From Salisapilia sapeloensis CBS 127946 (taxonomy: Eukaryota; Protista; Oomycota), in the NCBI GenBank assembly GCA_023334545.1, contig JAADVB010000197.1:1-36453 (forward strand): 36,453 nt of DNA, written 5' to 3'. Below the pieces are notes generated by a model. The model did no database searches. It saw only the letters and a program-made list of their open reading frames with translations, and was not told the DNA's origin. Positions within the stretch are counted from its first letter, which is position 1. Every line of letters starts with the position of its first letter. A program made the translations under genes and the position numbers. Below are positions 34,938 to 36,453 of the stretch, piece by piece.

Positions 34938-36453
34938 CTATTTCTTGGACCATATATCCGCTGCTTCAGCAGTGTCTGCATTCCACATGAAAGAGTTGGC
35001 GCCCCACTTGATACCTTCCTCGGGTGGGCAGCCACCGTGCAAACTCATCCAATCTACATCACCTTCTGGGGTTTGGTGGTAGAAAAGAGATGCATGCAAC
35101 CCTCTCGGTGGCACCGCCAACCCAGATGAGCATTCGTCCATCCCCTTCCGCTCAATCGTTTCGTTTGAAAATCGATCAAGTGAATACGGAAACACGGTTT
35201 CACCTCCAACCTTGGTTTGATTGTTCAGATATAAAAACAGCGTCGCATATCTCTGCGGATGGAAGTGCTTCACATACGTTGGCAATTGATAGCGCAGTTC
35301 GTCATGAGCAACACGTCTTTCCCATGATTTAATCGCGAGCTCTGCCATGCCTGGATAATGCTGCAATGCCTGGAACATCGCTTGCTCTTTTTTAAAGACA
35401 TTCGCTCGTAACCACGCGTACACTTGCTCATTCGTAACTTCCGAGATGAGCTCCTTGGAGTAATCCAAAATCACTTGAATGAGTAGTTTTCTTTGGAACA
35501 TAAAGTCAAACGTTGGATACAACCACCCGTTCGTACGAGCGATTGCCGGTGTATCATCGCCAAGGTAGCTAATCCTTTCTTTCGCCCATTGAATCCAATG
35601 ATAGAACTGGGAGATACTTGTCGGTGTCACTTTTGGGAATGTATAGAATAGCTCTGGCATTCCCAGTTCCTTTTCCCAAGTTTTCACAATGCGTGGGAGA
35701 TAACTTGGTCGATTCTCCGCCTTGAGTAAATCCTCCATCACTCCACTTGCATTCTTCTCAACGTTCGTATAAATCCAATCGCTCCACTTTTGATCTTGTA
35801 GAGCACGCAAAAGATTACTGGCATTCACAGAGGAATGGAAAAGTGTAAGCAAGGCGTTTGGGAATGAGATGGTGGAATCTGGGTCAGGGAAGAGTACATT
35901 CCCCTCACGGAACTGTTCGGGCACTCGACTCTGGTCTTGCTCTCGAAGGCGGTCTCTCGCCCAGGTTGCCCAAGTGATGTAGTCTGCGTAGGTTGGATCA
36001 CCGTAACCTTCCGGTTCGATAGGACTCGAGTGGAAAGTGTCCATGTGCTTACGATAGAATTGTCCTGCTTCGTATTTGACCACTTGCATCTGCTCAGCGA
36101 AGGATGGACTTGGTAGTCTTGCAATAGCAGCACTTCGCTTGCGAATGTCGCGTGAAAACACGCTATCCTCGACAAAAGCAGTGTGGCTTGTACGGGCTTG
36201 GTGACCACTGTCCTTCGATCCGATGACCAAGGAGCGAGACATGGTTGGCAGAGCCATTTCAATAGCTTTGTCAGCCTCTTCTTGGGTAAGGAAGAACTCC
36301 ACATCAAAGACCTTTGGACGCATGCCCACTGTCGTCATGACCACGCCGTCCTCCAAATGGTACTTGTAACCCTTCTCGATGCCAGGCCACTGCCACAACT
36401 GGAAGTCTAATAGGATATGCACCAAACGCTTTGACGATACCAGATCTTCTGCA
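34938..36453 (-). CDS. Prolyl 4-hydroxylase-like 2OG-Fe(II) dioxygenase, copy B; 5'-truncated by the window edge
   Basis: The frame is open to the window end (AEDLVSSKRLVHILL...). Motifs YRKHMD (HxD), RYATLFLYLN, GGETVFP and LHGGCPPEEGIKWGANSFMW, with the same ~260-aa insertion as copy A. Confidence 0.9.
   Translation of the reverse strand, partial: AEDLVSSKRLVHILLDFQLWQWPGIEKGYKYHLEDGVVMTTVGMRPKVFDVEFFLTQEEADKAIEMALPTMSRSLVIGSKDSGHQARTSHTAFVEDSVFSRDIRKRSAAIARLPSPSFAEQMQVVKYEAGQFYRKHMDTFHSSPIEPEGYGDPTYADYITWATWARDRLREQDQSRVPEQFREGNVLFPDPDSTISFPNALLTLFHSSVNASNLLRALQDQKWSDWIYTNVEKNASGVMEDLLKAENRPSYLPRIVKTWEKELGMPELFYTFPKVTPTSISQFYHWIQWAKERISYLGDDTPAIARTNGWLYPTFDFMFQRKLLIQVILDYSKELISEVTNEQVYAWLRANVFKKEQAMFQALQHYPGMAELAIKSWERRVAHDELRYQLPTYVKHFHPQRYATLFLYLNNQTKVGGETVFPYSLDRFSNETIERKGMDECSSGLAVPPRGLHASLFYHQTPEGDVDWMSLHGGCPPEEGIKWGANSFMWNADTAEAADIWSKK
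36271..36441 (-). repeat. Right arm of the inverted repeat pairing with 1-171
   Basis: Its reverse complement equals 1-171 except at two positions (36341 and 36300). Confidence 0.97.

Noticed and set aside
35825-36307. 160-aa alternative-frame ORF within dioxygenase B
   Set aside because: No motif, and no equivalent long ORF is listed at the matching position of copy A. Treated as a frame shadow.

Overview
Eukaryotic, gene-dense window, most likely an oomycete or close stramenopile relative. The basis is short GT-AG introns with CTAAC/CTGAC-type branch sites, INR/FPR-like promoter motifs and the protein families present; the species cannot be identified from sequence alone. I can support 12 protein-coding genes: prolyl 4-hydroxylase-like dioxygenase A (5'-truncated, +), a secreted CAP/SCP protein, kinesin-12/KIF15-like, SAR1, VPS22/SNF8, an HRDMSLEN-type kinase, CWC2 with extra RanBP2-ZnF and WW domains, a KEA4-6/TMCO3-like antiporter, a CAMK-PH kinase, an SRR1-like protein, a ~4,342-aa ARM/HEAT protein with a myristoylation motif, and dioxygenase B (5'-truncated, -). 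The most striking structure is at the two ends. Positions 1-171 and 36271-36441 are a 169/171-identical inverted repeat lying inside the coding sequence of the two inward-pointing dioxygenase paralogs, which diverge abruptly right after it and have saturated synonymous sites elsewhere. This is the architecture expected of an invertible ~36-kb segment that would swap catalytic C-termini between two 5' ends. Gene conversion or a contig ending in a collapsed repeat cannot be excluded without reads. No RNA genes, transposons, recombinase or CRISPR arrays were recognised.
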